Source of the DNA: Candidatus Binatia bacterium
GTDB lineage: Bacteria; Desulfobacterota; Binatia; Bin18
Length of the DNA: 64,000 bases
Direction: 5' to 3'
Assembly (NCBI GenBank): GCA_963664395.2
Contig: OY761159.2
Location: 992,001 to 1,056,000 of the forward strand
In this document: positions 11,042-20,878 of the stretch, piece by piece
Layout: every line of letters starts with the position of its first letter
How positions within the stretch are numbered: the first letter of the stretch is position 1
Notes under the pieces: model-generated
What the model was told of the DNA's origin: nothing
The model's input: only the letters and a program-made list of their open reading frames with translations
Database searches by the model: none
Made by a program: the position numbers and the translations under genes

Positions 11042-11323
11042 ATGCTCTATGTGGTGACAACCAAAATTCTTCGGTCCCAGATTCCCGAAGATCAGGCCGC
11101 CGAACTGATCCAAAAAGAAATGGCCCATGCGCGCCAATTTATTGAACAAAAGAAAATCCTGGCGGCCTATCGCCGGCTCGGCGGTGGCGGCTCGTTCTTC
11201 ATTGTCGATGCGGACTCGAACGAAGAGGTCCACCGGATTTTCTCCGGTCTGCCTCTGGCGCGTTATCTGGAGTTTGAGGTCACGCCGGTCCTGTTGCACC
11301 CCCTCTTTGGCGGGCCGGCATAA
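11042..11323 (+). CDS. Muconolactone delta-isomerase-like small protein
   Basis: 93 aa; IVDADSNEEVH..FSGLPL..YLEFEVTPV pattern; GGAG RBS. Confidence 0.7.
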   Translation: MLYVVTTKILRSQIPEDQAAELIQKEMAHARQFIEQKKILAAYRRLGGGGSFFIVDADSNEEVHRIFSGLPLARYLEFEVTPVLLHPLFGGPA

Positions 11324-11338
11324 AAGAAGGAGAGACAG

Positions 11339-12106
11339 ATGAACATCAACGAAGCTGTTGAGACCCTGTGGCAAACCATCCAGAGCGGGCAGTATCCGCC
11401 GCCAGGGTTGGAAAAAGCTCTGACTTTTGCGGATGCCTACAAAATTCAACTGGCGATTCTTGAACGACACATGACAGCGGGCGAACAGCTCGCCGGCTGG
11501 AAGGTCGGCCTTTCGTCCGATGCGACCCGTCAGATGTTTGGTCTTGATGCCCCTATCAGTGCCTATCTGCTTACCAGCCGTCGGTTCCAAAGCGGGGGCA
11601 GCTTCAACTGTGCCGACTTTCGCAAGCCTATCATTGAATCCGAGCTATGCATCATGATGGGGCAAAGGTTGAGGGGTCCCGGCGTCACCCGTGAGCAGGC
11701 TTTGGCCGCCGTGGCTGGTGCCGCTCCTGCATTGGAGTTGGTAGACATGCGGCTCAATATTGGTGCAGACCTCCCACTCGGCGTGGCCGATGGAGTGGCG
11801 CAGTGGGGATTTGTGACGGGTCCTGAGGTCACGCCCTACCCGGCTGCCTTGGACCTCGGAGCTATGACAGCAGAGACCAAGAGAAACGGTGAGGTTGTGG
11901 CAAGCGTGCAGGGCAAGGAGGCGATTGACGATCAAATTCAGACGATTGCCTGGCTGGCGAATCACCTTGCTCAGTTTGATCTGGCTTTAGAAGTGGGCCA
12001 GTGCATTATGACCGGCTCAATGACCAAGCCGACGCCCATTGAAAAAGGCGATACTTGGGAAACCACCTTTTCCTCGTTTGGAACCGTGTCGGCGACATTT
12101 TCATGA
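11339..12106 (+). CDS. 2-keto-4-pentenoate hydratase / FAH family protein
   Basis: DAYKIQ, GWKVGLSS, IESEL, PALELVD, WLANHL, MTGS. Confidence 0.88.
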   Translation: MNINEAVETLWQTIQSGQYPPPGLEKALTFADAYKIQLAILERHMTAGEQLAGWKVGLSSDATRQMFGLDAPISAYLLTSRRFQSGGSFNCADFRKPIIESELCIMMGQRLRGPGVTREQALAAVAGAAPALELVDMRLNIGADLPLGVADGVAQWGFVTGPEVTPYPAALDLGAMTAETKRNGEVVASVQGKEAIDDQIQTIAWLANHLAQFDLALEVGQCIMTGSMTKPTPIEKGDTWETTFSSFGTVSATFS

Positions 12107-12161
12107 AGCGGAAGAGGATGTGGAACGTCTTGTGTTTCCTGAATAGTGCCTCCCTGAAAAT

Positions 12162-14060
12162 ATGAAGCGCAAACTCGCCGCCCTCCTGAGCGCGGATGTC
12201 CAGGGCTATAGTCGTCTCATGGGCGAGGATGAAGTCGCCACGATTCGGACGCTCACCGAATATCGGGAGCTGATGTCTCGGATGATTCGGAAACATGCGG
12301 GCCGGGTGGTCGATTCTCCCGGCGATAATCTCCTGGCTGAGTTTTCGAGTGTGGTTGATGCGGTGCAATGTGCGGTTGAGGTTCAGACGGAGCTTGCCCT
12401 GCGGAACGCTGAGCTGGCTGAAGACCGACAGATGCACTATCGCATTGGTATCAACGTCGGCGACGTGGTTGTTGAAGATGAGTGTATTTACGGAGAGGGC
12501 GTCAGCATCGCAGCCCGCTTGGAAAGCCTGGCCGAGGCTGGTGGCATCTGCATCTCAGGCGCTGTGCATGAGCAGATAGAAAACAAGCTCGCCCTGGCAT
12601 TTGCGTATCAAGGCGAGCAGCGGGTGAAGAATACTGCCAAGCCCATTCAGGTCTATCAGGTGCGTTGGGAGGCGGCAGACCTCGCACCAACTACAATCGA
12701 CAACAATCTCCTCCCTCTGAGACCGGACCCCCCAGGGCCAACGGGCCGTGGCTCGCTTATCATCCTCGGCCTTGTCGTCCTCGTGATCCTCGGTCTGGGT
12801 GCCTTCGCCCTCAAAGGCTGGTATCCGCTCTTATCATCGCCGGCCTTCTGGAATCCGCCCAGCCTGCCGCTTCCTGACAAACCATCTATCGCGGTGCTGC
12901 CCTTTACGAATATGAGCGGCGACCCGGAGCAAGAGTATTTCAGCGACGGCATCACCGAAGACATTATTACCGATCTCTCAAAAATCTCGGGCCTGTTTGT
13001 CATTGCCCGTAATTCTTCGTTTACCTACAGGGGCCGAGCGGTGGATGTTGAGCAGGTGGGTCTCGACTTGGGCGTCCGCTATGTTTTGGAAGGGAGCGTG
13101 CGCCGGACCAACGACCGGGTTCGTATCAGTGCTCAGTTATTGGACGCAACAACCGGCGACCATGTGTGGGCGGATCGCTATGACGGCGAAATGCAGGATA
13201 TCTTTGCCCTCCAGGATCAGGTCACACAGCAAATTGTCCACGCCCTCCAAATCACCCTGACAGCGGATGAGCAGACTCGCTTAATACGAAAATCTACCGA
13301 GAATCTCGAAGCCTACGATTTCGCATTGCGGGGGGAAAGCTATCTGTGGCGGACAACCAAAGAGTCGGTTGTCCAAGCCCGGCACCTGTTTGAGCAGGCA
13401 ATCGCATTGGACGCGGGGTATGCCGCAGCCTATGCCTGGCTGGGCTGGGCAGAATTCTTCGGCGTTGTGATGCAGTGGGAGCAAGACCCCCAGGCCTCAC
13501 AGCGAGCGCGTGAGTTGGTGCAGCGGGCCGTAGCCCTGGACGATTCTTTGCCTGTCGCGCATAGGTTATTGGGCTATATCTATCTGTTCGAGAAACAGCA
13601 TGAGCGGGCGATTAGCGAGCTTGAGCAAGCGGTGGCTCTCGACCCAAACGATGCGGACAATTACGCCTGGTTCGGGAACGCGCTCAATTTCGTTGGGAGA
13701 CCACAGGAGGCCCTTCGATTCATACAGAGAGCCATCCGCCTCAACCCGCGTTATCCTTTTCTTTACCTTTTTTTCCTGGGGCATACCTACCGCACGCTCG
13801 GCTGGCCTGAAGAGGCAATAGCCGTACTAAAGAGAATGCTCGCGCATAACCCGGATTTTCTGCCGGCCTATTATAATCTGATTCCGGCCTATGCCGAGTT
13901 GGGACGTATTGAAGAAGCACGTACTGTGGCAACGGAGATTGTACGCCTCAGCCCCAACTTCTCGGTCGCAACCATGAACCAGGTGCTTCCGTACAAAGAC
14001 ACCGCCAGCCTCGATCGTATTCTGGCCGCCTTTCGGGCAGCGGGCTTAGAGGAAGAATGA
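12162..14060 (+). CDS. Class III nucleotidyl cyclase with TM helix, TolB-like/FlgO domain and TPRs
   Basis: RKLAALLSADVQGYSRLM, GDNLLAEF, RIGINVGD, AARLE; DKPSIAVLPF..YFSDGITEDI; C-terminal TPR repeats. Confidence 0.9.
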   Translation: MKRKLAALLSADVQGYSRLMGEDEVATIRTLTEYRELMSRMIRKHAGRVVDSPGDNLLAEFSSVVDAVQCAVEVQTELALRNAELAEDRQMHYRIGINVGDVVVEDECIYGEGVSIAARLESLAEAGGICISGAVHEQIENKLALAFAYQGEQRVKNTAKPIQVYQVRWEAADLAPTTIDNNLLPLRPDPPGPTGRGSLIILGLVVLVILGLGAFALKGWYPLLSSPAFWNPPSLPLPDKPSIAVLPFTNMSGDPEQEYFSDGITEDIITDLSKISGLFVIARNSSFTYRGRAVDVEQVGLDLGVRYVLEGSVRRTNDRVRISAQLLDATTGDHVWADRYDGEMQDIFALQDQVTQQIVHALQITLTADEQTRLIRKSTENLEAYDFALRGESYLWRTTKESVVQARHLFEQAIALDAGYAAAYAWLGWAEFFGVVMQWEQDPQASQRARELVQRAVALDDSLPVAHRLLGYIYLFEKQHERAISELEQAVALDPNDADNYAWFGNALNFVGRPQEALRFIQRAIRLNPRYPFLYLFFLGHTYRTLGWPEEAIAVLKRMLAHNPDFLPAYYNLIPAYAELGRIEEARTVATEIVRLSPNFSVATMNQVLPYKDTASLDRILAAFRAAGLEEE

Positions 14061-14072
14061 GATCAGATTCTC

Positions 14073-15026
14073 CTAGGCCGGCAGCCCCGCTGTCTCGGGC
14101 AGCCCTAACATTAAATTCAAATTCTGAATGGCTACGCCGCAGGCACCTTTCCCCAGATTATCAAGAATGGCTATCAGCAAGACATGGCCGGCGGGATGAG
14201 ACGCCACGTAGATCTCAAGTCGATTGGTATCGTTACAGGCCTGCGGGTCGAAGCTGTGTTCGTTGACTTCCAGTGACTTCTCGTTGGGCAGAACCTTCAC
14301 AAACGGCTCATGCTGATAGCGCTCATAGAGGACTTCCCAGACCGTGTCGCCCGCTCCATGTTGTAGCAGACTGGTATGAATCGGCACCTGGACCCGCATC
14401 CCGTACCGGAACGGACCGACCGCCGGCACGAGGTGGGGTGCAGAGTCGAGCAGGCTGTACTTTGTCATTTCCGGAACGTGCTTATGCACCCGCTCCAGGG
14501 CATACGGCGCTTCGTACACCAACGAGCCCAAGCCCAGTTCGGTGTCCTCCCATTTTTCAATCAGCGGCCGTCCGCCGCCCGAATAGCCGGACAGCGCATG
14601 AATTGAAATCGGCGTGTTCTTCTCAATCAAGCCGGCATCAAGCAACGGCCGGACTAACAGCAGAAAAGCCGAGGAATAGCAGCCAGGGTTGGCAACATAC
14701 TGTGCGTGTCGAATGGCATCTCGTTGGTGTGGCTGGAGTTCTGGCAGACCATACACCCAGCCGGCCTCGACGCGGTGCACCGAACTCGCGTCAATCAGCC
14801 GTGTGTTCGTGTGCGCTGCCCAGCCCGCAGCCTCTCGTGAAGCATCATCGGGCAGACATAGAATAGCCACGTCAGCTTCAGCCAACAACGCCCGACGCGC
14901 GGCCTCACTCTTGCGCTGTGCGTCGGGCAACGTCAATAATTCTACGTCGTGTCGTCCTGCCATCCATTCCCGGATGCGCAGTCCGGTCGTGCCAACATGA
15001 CCGTCAATGTAGACCTTCGGGGGCAT
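14073..15026 (-). CDS. argC: N-acetyl-gamma-glutamyl-phosphate reductase (type 2)
   Basis: YIDGHVGTTGL, LCLPD, WVYGLPEL, ANPGCY, SGYSGGG, LDNLGKGA. Confidence 0.93.
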   Translation of the reverse strand: MPPKVYIDGHVGTTGLRIREWMAGRHDVELLTLPDAQRKSEAARRALLAEADVAILCLPDDASREAAGWAAHTNTRLIDASSVHRVEAGWVYGLPELQPHQRDAIRHAQYVANPGCYSSAFLLLVRPLLDAGLIEKNTPISIHALSGYSGGGRPLIEKWEDTELGLGSLVYEAPYALERVHKHVPEMTKYSLLDSAPHLVPAVGPFRYGMRVQVPIHTSLLQHGAGDTVWEVLYERYQHEPFVKVLPNEKSLEVNEHSFDPQACNDTNRLEIYVASHPAGHVLLIAILDNLGKGACGVAIQNLNLMLGLPETAGLPA

Positions 15027-15291
15027 GCTCCTCACCTTCTTTATCCTGCTTCAGCTTCAGTCTGCTTCAGCCTGCATCAGCTTGGCTGAATGTTTTATCA
15101 TACTGAGTGATCTCCCGCTAACGAGGATCACTCCCGGCATCGACAAAATCAAGAGGATCAAAAAAACTGAACGCTCACTCAACATGTCTTGCCCTATGTC
15201 TTGACAGACCGCTTCAGAGTATGCGACAGGTTAGGCGTGAGTGCATACAGTGGCGTAGAGAAGCAATTTTTTGTTTGAAAAGGAGGGTAGT

Positions 15292-16401
15292 ATGGCAAAG
15301 TTACGCGTGATCTCGGCAGACTCGCACATGATGGAGCCGGCCGATCTGTGGCAGCAACGTCTGGACAACAAATTCCGTGACCAAGCGCCGAAAGTAGTCG
15401 AAAACCCAAAGAATCCGGGCTTTATCTTTGTGGCGGATGGCATTGACCCCTTTCCCGTCGCCGGTGGGTTCGGGGCCGGACGGTCCGGAGAAGAACTGAA
15501 AGACCATATGAGCAAAGGCTACGAAGCCGCCCGTCCGAGCGGCTGGGACCCGGTCGAACGCATCAAAGACCAGGAGATCGACGGGGTAGAAGCCGAGGTG
15601 CTCTACACCACACTCGGTATGCCGCTCTTCGGGCTACCCAATGCCGACCTGCAACGGGCCTGCTTCCGCTCCTATAACGACTGGGTCGCCGAGTTCTGTT
15701 CGCATAGTCCCAAACGCTTGTATGGCATCAGCCTGATCTCCCTCGAAGATATTGATGCGGGCGTCAAAGAATTGGAGCGGACGCAGAAGCAGGGTCTGCG
15801 CGGTGCCATGATTTGGGGCTCGCCGCCGGAGGACAAGCCGTATAGCAGCCACGAGTATGATCCCTTTTGGCAGGCAGCCGCGGAACTCCACATGCCGCTC
15901 TCACTCCACGTGATTACCGGCAAGAGTAAAGAGAGCAAGATCGATTTTTCGCAGATCAGCCTGTTCTATATGAACGTGATCCACGAGGTGCAACGTTCCC
16001 TGTCCACCATCGTTTTTGGTGGTGTGTTGGAGCGTTTTCCCGAACTGAAAATTGTGTCCGCAGAAAATGACACGGGCTGGTTTCCGCACTTCATGTATCG
16101 TATGGACCATGCCTACGATAAATTCCACGCTATGGAAAAAGAGCCCCTGCCGATGAAGCCGAGCGAATATGTCCGGCGGCAGGTCTGGGCGACCTTCCAG
16201 GACGACCCGGTCGGTCCGGCGACCTATAAGATCTTTGGCGAAGACAATTACATGTGGGCGTCCGACTTCCCGCATACCGACTCCACCTGGCCGGAATCCC
16301 GCCAGTGGATCAAGAAGGACTTCAACGGCGTGCCGGAGGAGGTCACCCGTAAGATCGTGTTTGAGAATGCGATCAAGGCGTACCGGATGGATGTGGACTA
16401 G
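15292..16401 (+). CDS. Amidohydrolase_2 family metal-dependent hydrolase
   Basis: ISADSH..EP, DGVEAEVLY, YNDW, LSLH, ENDTGW, MWASDFPH.DSTWP. Confidence 0.9.
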   Translation: MAKLRVISADSHMMEPADLWQQRLDNKFRDQAPKVVENPKNPGFIFVADGIDPFPVAGGFGAGRSGEELKDHMSKGYEAARPSGWDPVERIKDQEIDGVEAEVLYTTLGMPLFGLPNADLQRACFRSYNDWVAEFCSHSPKRLYGISLISLEDIDAGVKELERTQKQGLRGAMIWGSPPEDKPYSSHEYDPFWQAAAELHMPLSLHVITGKSKESKIDFSQISLFYMNVIHEVQRSLSTIVFGGVLERFPELKIVSAENDTGWFPHFMYRMDHAYDKFHAMEKEPLPMKPSEYVRRQVWATFQDDPVGPATYKIFGEDNYMWASDFPHTDSTWPESRQWIKKDFNGVPEEVTRKIVFENAIKAYRMDVD

Positions 16402-16428
16402 TCGGCGTCGCTGATTCGTGCGAAGCGG

Positions 16429-16459
16429 AAAGGGTCAGGGAATCTTCCTTGGCCCTTTT
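16429..16459 (+). terminator. Intrinsic terminator after the amidohydrolase
   Basis: AAAGGGTCAGGGAA...TTCCTTGGCCCTTTT stem-loop followed by a T tract. Confidence 0.7.
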
Positions 16460-16496
16460 GTTTGTCTTCATCCTGAACCGGTAGGAGGAGAGTCTG

Positions 16497-16807
16497 ATGT
16501 CTATTTCAAGAAGCTGGCTGTACGGCACATTCAAGCAGATGATGGGATCCGGGAGCGGCTCTACGAGTTTGAGACTGTACGGGTGACGCTGGAGGTCAAG
16601 ACCCCGCTTAAGGCAGCAGATGAATCTCCACTGATTATCGAAACGCTCGCCTCACAAGAACAGTGTGGTGTACCGTTTCGGGCCGGAGAAGAATACTTCG
16701 TGTATGCCTACCGCAGTCCGGAGGGCGATTTGAAGACTGATATGTGCACGCGGACGGTCACTGTCGCCCAAGCGGCTAAAGATGTTGCAGACCTAGTCAA
16801 GCAATAA
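16497..16807 (+). pseudogene. TIMP/NTR-like domain fragment
   Basis: QCGVPFRAGEEYFVYAY...TDMCTRT motif. No signal peptide or CxC N-terminus; the RBS-preceded ATG at 16497 is out of frame with the domain. Confidence 0.5.
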
Positions 16808-16893
16808 GAAGCTGTTGGCACATCCCTTCCGCTTGGAATAACGGCGCTGTCAGAGAATGCAGACTGCATAGTTTCCGTCCCGGCGTGTGCGCT

Positions 16894-17709
16894 TCAGGCA
16901 GCCTCTCCGCCTTTCAAGAAAACGGTAATTTCCTCAAATGCGCGGGGGTCCTGCATAAAGAACAAATGGCCGCCTTCAAAGAGTGCCATTTGGGCAGTCG
17001 GAATCTGTCGGAGCAGCGCTTCCTGATTCTCGACCGGGGCGACTCCGTCATACCGTCCGCCACAGATCAACACCGGCATAGTGAGCTGAGGCAAGCGGCT
17101 ATAGGTAGCGTGTCCTTGGCGGGCTTCGATCTGGCGGCGCGCCCCAACGACCTTGCCGGGTTCGTCAGCGCCTACTGTTCGAATAGCCAGCATCTCGTCG
17201 GTTAAGGTCCGGAACTCCCGGACGTTGGCTGCTTGCCAGGCCGTGTCACGTCGCAGATCACTCAGCTCAACCACCCGCCGAGCCCAGTCTTGCGCGGAGA
17301 GATGAGACAGTTCGTGCAGGGGATACGAGGCGCCGCCCTCCCCGCCGCTGCTTGTACAGCCGAGCACTAACCGCGCAACGCGGTTCGGATAGCGCAGGGC
17401 AAATTCCTGCGCGACCATGCCGCCGAAAGAGATCCCCATGACCAGGCAACGCTCCCACCCGACCGCGTGGAGCAGCCCGTCCGCATCAGCCGCATAGTCC
17501 GCCATGGTGTAGGCAACGTCAGGTTTGTCCGTTTGGCCCAGGCCACGTTGGTCATAGGCGAGCACTTCAAAATGCTCGGTGAGAGGCGAATCAAACGCAT
17601 TCGGCGAGCGCCGCAGATCCCCACCCGTTCCGCTTATGTACAGGAGGCGCGGGCCAGCCCCGCGCAGTTCGTAATACATCTGAATGTCGCGGACAGCAGC
17701 AAATGGCAT
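16894..17709 (-). CDS. Alpha/beta hydrolase (3-oxoadipate enol-lactonase-like)
   Basis: YDQRGLGQT, GISFGG, GRYD, EGGH. Confidence 0.88.
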   Translation of the reverse strand: MPFAAVRDIQMYYELRGAGPRLLYISGTGGDLRRSPNAFDSPLTEHFEVLAYDQRGLGQTDKPDVAYTMADYAADADGLLHAVGWERCLVMGISFGGMVAQEFALRYPNRVARLVLGCTSSGGEGGASYPLHELSHLSAQDWARRVVELSDLRRDTAWQAANVREFRTLTDEMLAIRTVGADEPGKVVGARRQIEARQGHATYSRLPQLTMPVLICGGRYDGVAPVENQEALLRQIPTAQMALFEGGHLFFMQDPRAFEEITVFLKGGEAA

Positions 17710-17911
17710 AGTGGTCCTCTTCTACACGCCCAGGGGAGCTACTATTTTCCATGAATCCGTTTATGGCACCCCCCGCACATTGCGGTCAGGTCACGGAGTC
17801 GCTCCCTGCCGTCGTGCCTATAAGTTTCATGCTGTACCTGAGGCATTGGCACCGTTCGCCTGTCATGACACCCTGCACGGGCAAAGTCAAGGAACATGTC
17901 GGCGCAGCGCG

Positions 17912-17940
17912 TTGACGCTCACTAGGGGGAGCGATAGGCT
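17912..17940 (+). promoter_or_regulatory. Sigma70-type promoter for the sfnB-like pair
   Basis: TTGACG-N17-TAGGCT. Confidence 0.55.
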
Positions 17941-17994
17941 ACGAAGCTCTCACAGCACCGGCTTTAAGAGCTATGCAAAGGAGTTGGAGCGGCT

Positions 17995-19275
17995 ATGAGC
18001 ACAGAAAATATTGGAGCGCAAACAGACCATCCAGTAGCGAATGGAGCATCTCGGACCGAGAACCTGGAGGCCTCAGGTCCGCCGCGTCCAACCATACCCG
18101 CCCATATTATTCAGAACGATCAAGAAGCTATTGAAGTCGCGCACCGTTTAGCCAAAAGCTTTGCGCAAGAAGCGGCTGTTCGTGACCGAGAACGTCGCTT
18201 ACCGCTCGCCGAGTTGGACGAATTTTCGCACAGCGGCCTGTGGGGCATGACCGTGCCCAAAGCCTATGGCGGCGCTGAGGTTTCCTATGTCACGGTGGGC
18301 GAGGTGATTAAAATTATCTCCGCGGCCGACCCGTCGCTCGGGCAAATTCCCCAAAACCATATTGCCGTGCTGGATATGATTCGTCTGTGTGCCAGCGAGG
18401 AGCAAAAGAATTTTTTCTTTAGCGAGGCCCTGAAAGGCGTGCGCCTCGGCAATGCGTTTGCCGAGAGAGGCAGTAAAACCGCCGGTCATTTTGACACGCA
18501 GATACGTCCCCACGGGGACGGCTATGTCGTAAACGGCCAGAAGTTTTATTGCAGCGGCGCGCTGCTCGCGCACCTGGTGCCGGTCGTAGCGACCGATGAG
18601 CGCGGCAAAGCGCAGCTTGCCTTTGTGGAGCGCGTCGCGCCGGGGATGCGCATTATCGATGACTGGTCGAGTTTCGGCCAACGTACCACGGCCAGCGGGA
18701 CGGTTCTGCTGGAGGACGCATTTGTGCCGGCTAGCCATGTGATCCCAGCGCATGAGGCGTACGACAGACCAACCGCGAACGGGGGAGTCTTACAGATTAT
18801 TCATGCCGGAATCGATCTCGGTATTGCCCAAGCTGCCATTGACGAAACCATCCACTTTGTCCGCAGCTATACCCGTCCGTGGATCGATAGCGGTCAGGAG
18901 CACGGCTATGAGGACATGTACTCCATTGCCCAAATAGGAGACCTGAAAATGCGCTTGCACGCGGCAGAGGCTATCCTGGACCGGGCTGGCCGCACGGTCG
19001 ATGCGGCAATGGCCAATCCGAATGAAGACACTGTGGCCGCGGCCTCAATTTCCGTAGCAGAAGCAAAAGTTCTGACCACGGAAATTGCTATTCAGGCGAC
19101 CAATAAATTGTTTGAACTCGCCGGCACTCGCTCAACATTAGAGGAGTACAACCTGGACCGTCACTGGCGGAATGCCCGTACCCATACGCTGCACGATCCC
19201 GTCCGGTGGAAGTTTCAGGCAATCGGCAATTACTATCTGAATAATATCAAGCCGCCACGCCACGCCTGGATATAA
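17995..19275 (+). CDS. SfnB-family sulfur acquisition oxidoreductase (DszC-like ACAD fold), copy 1
   Basis: GQIPQNH, GNAFAE, DDWSSFGQRTTASG, LDRHWRNARTHTLHDPVRWK. Confidence 0.9.
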   Translation: MSTENIGAQTDHPVANGASRTENLEASGPPRPTIPAHIIQNDQEAIEVAHRLAKSFAQEAAVRDRERRLPLAELDEFSHSGLWGMTVPKAYGGAEVSYVTVGEVIKIISAADPSLGQIPQNHIAVLDMIRLCASEEQKNFFFSEALKGVRLGNAFAERGSKTAGHFDTQIRPHGDGYVVNGQKFYCSGALLAHLVPVVATDERGKAQLAFVERVAPGMRIIDDWSSFGQRTTASGTVLLEDAFVPASHVIPAHEAYDRPTANGGVLQIIHAGIDLGIAQAAIDETIHFVRSYTRPWIDSGQEHGYEDMYSIAQIGDLKMRLHAAEAILDRAGRTVDAAMANPNEDTVAAASISVAEAKVLTTEIAIQATNKLFELAGTRSTLEEYNLDRHWRNARTHTLHDPVRWKFQAIGNYYLNNIKPPRHAWI

Positions 19276-19297
19276 AGAAACAGGCCAAGGAGAATAT

Positions 19298-20557
19298 ATG
19301 AGCCAGGTGTCCTCGCAGGCCACCGCTCCAGCGGAGCAAGATATTCGAGTCGCCGCGCCAATGGCGCGGGTTGAGGCTCCGGCCCACATTATTCGTGACG
19401 ATCAGGAAGCCATAGCAGTGGCCCAGCGTCTGGCCGAGCGCTTTCGGCAGGAGTCGGACAAACGTGACCGGGAGCGCCGCCTGCCGCGCAAAGAACTGGA
19501 CGAATTCTCCCAGAGCGGATTATGGGGCATCACTATTCCGAAAGAATACGGCGGTGCGGGAGTATCGTTCTCGACCGCGGCCGAAGTGGCAACGATTATC
19601 TCTGCCGCGGATTCCTGCCTGGGCCAGATTCCACAGAACCATTACTATATGGTTGAAGCCCTCCGGCTGGATGGGACTGAGGAGCAGAAGCAATTCTTTT
19701 TTCAGCGGGTGCTGGAGGGCGATCGTTTTGGGAATGCCTTTGTCGAGGTTGGCACCAAAACCGTCTTTGACTTCCAGGCGCGTCTCACGGCCAAAGGCGA
19801 TACCTATATCTTGAACGGTAAAAAGTTCTATTCCACCGGCGCGGTGTTTGCCCACTGGGTGCCCGTTGTCGCCAAGGACGACCGGGGCCGCATCGCCATC
19901 GTCTTTGTCAAGCGCGATGCTCCGGGCGTGACCATCATCGACGACTGGTCCAGCTTCGGCCAGCGCACCACAGCCAGCGGCACGGCTGTTTTCGAGCATG
20001 TCGCAGTCAACGCTTTTGATGTTATTGATCACCATGCCGCTTTTGACCGCCCAACGACGATGGGCGCAGTGGCCCAAATTTTTCATGCCGCGGTCGATGC
20101 CGGTATCGCGCGGGCGGCCCTGGCCGATACGATCAATTTTGTCCGCCAGTATACGCGCCCGTGGATTGATAGCGGCCAGGAGCACGGCTACGAAGACCCG
20201 TACACTATTTATCAAATTGGCGAGCTCGAAGTCCGCGTGCACGCTTCAGACGCATTGCTCGAACGGGCCGGCCGTTATGTTGATGCTGCCGTAGCAGCAC
20301 CGACACAAGAGACGGTTTCCGCAGCCTCGGTTGCCGTAGCCGAAGCCAAAGCCATGTCCACCGAAGTCTCTCTTCTGGCAACAAACAAGTTGTTTGAGTT
20401 GGCCGGAACACGCTCAACGCTGGAGGAGTACAATCTGGACCGCCACTGGCGCAACGCCCGCACCCATACGTTGCACGATCCGGTGCGCTGGAAATACCAC
20501 ACCATTGGGAACTATTGGCTGAATGGCGTCCCGCCGCCCCGCCACGGCGCGAGTTAG
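19298..20557 (+). CDS. SfnB-family sulfur acquisition oxidoreductase, copy 2
   Basis: Same motifs as copy 1; C-terminal PPRHGAS. Confidence 0.9.
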   Translation: MSQVSSQATAPAEQDIRVAAPMARVEAPAHIIRDDQEAIAVAQRLAERFRQESDKRDRERRLPRKELDEFSQSGLWGITIPKEYGGAGVSFSTAAEVATIISAADSCLGQIPQNHYYMVEALRLDGTEEQKQFFFQRVLEGDRFGNAFVEVGTKTVFDFQARLTAKGDTYILNGKKFYSTGAVFAHWVPVVAKDDRGRIAIVFVKRDAPGVTIIDDWSSFGQRTTASGTAVFEHVAVNAFDVIDHHAAFDRPTTMGAVAQIFHAAVDAGIARAALADTINFVRQYTRPWIDSGQEHGYEDPYTIYQIGELEVRVHASDALLERAGRYVDAAVAAPTQETVSAASVAVAEAKAMSTEVSLLATNKLFELAGTRSTLEEYNLDRHWRNARTHTLHDPVRWKYHTIGNYWLNGVPPPRHGAS

Positions 20558-20627
20558 TCCACTGCTTTGATAAAGAGTTTTCTCTGTCTATAGGGGGTCA
20601 GGTAGTACCATCCACTGCCAAACCGGC

Positions 20628-20867
20628 TTAAACCCGCTCCCTGCCCGCCGTCGCAAGCAGCCGAGTTCGCACCTCATCAGAAAATGTTACCCGGACGAAA
20701 CGACTCGTCGGATAAAGGTAGTCCTCCCCTGACTCATCAACCACGCGTATGCAATCGACCTCTGCTGCCTTCTGGTCTGGAAGGACTTGGTACACCTTCC
20801 AGACTTCCAGGTCTTCGTAGCTTTCATTTGTCACGCAAATGGCGAATTCACATTGCTCTGTTGGCAT
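20628..20867 (-). CDS. Small acidic hypothetical protein (putative antitoxin/immunity)
   Basis: 79 aa; FAIC..N, L...KVY.V, IRVVDESGEDYLYP; starts 11 nt after the partner gene. Confidence 0.7.
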   Translation of the reverse strand: MPTEQCEFAICVTNESYEDLEVWKVYQVLPDQKAAEVDCIRVVDESGEDYLYPTSRFVRVTFSDEVRTRLLATAGRERV

Positions 20868-20878
20868 ATATACCAGCC

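Noticed and set aside
15046-15081. Short degenerate (CT)GCTTCAG repeats upstream of argC
   Set aside because: Low-complexity, four imperfect units with no spacers; no supportable function
17760-17870. Sigma54 promoters (TGGCAC) upstream of sfnB
   Set aside because: GG to GC spacing is not 10 nt in either instance
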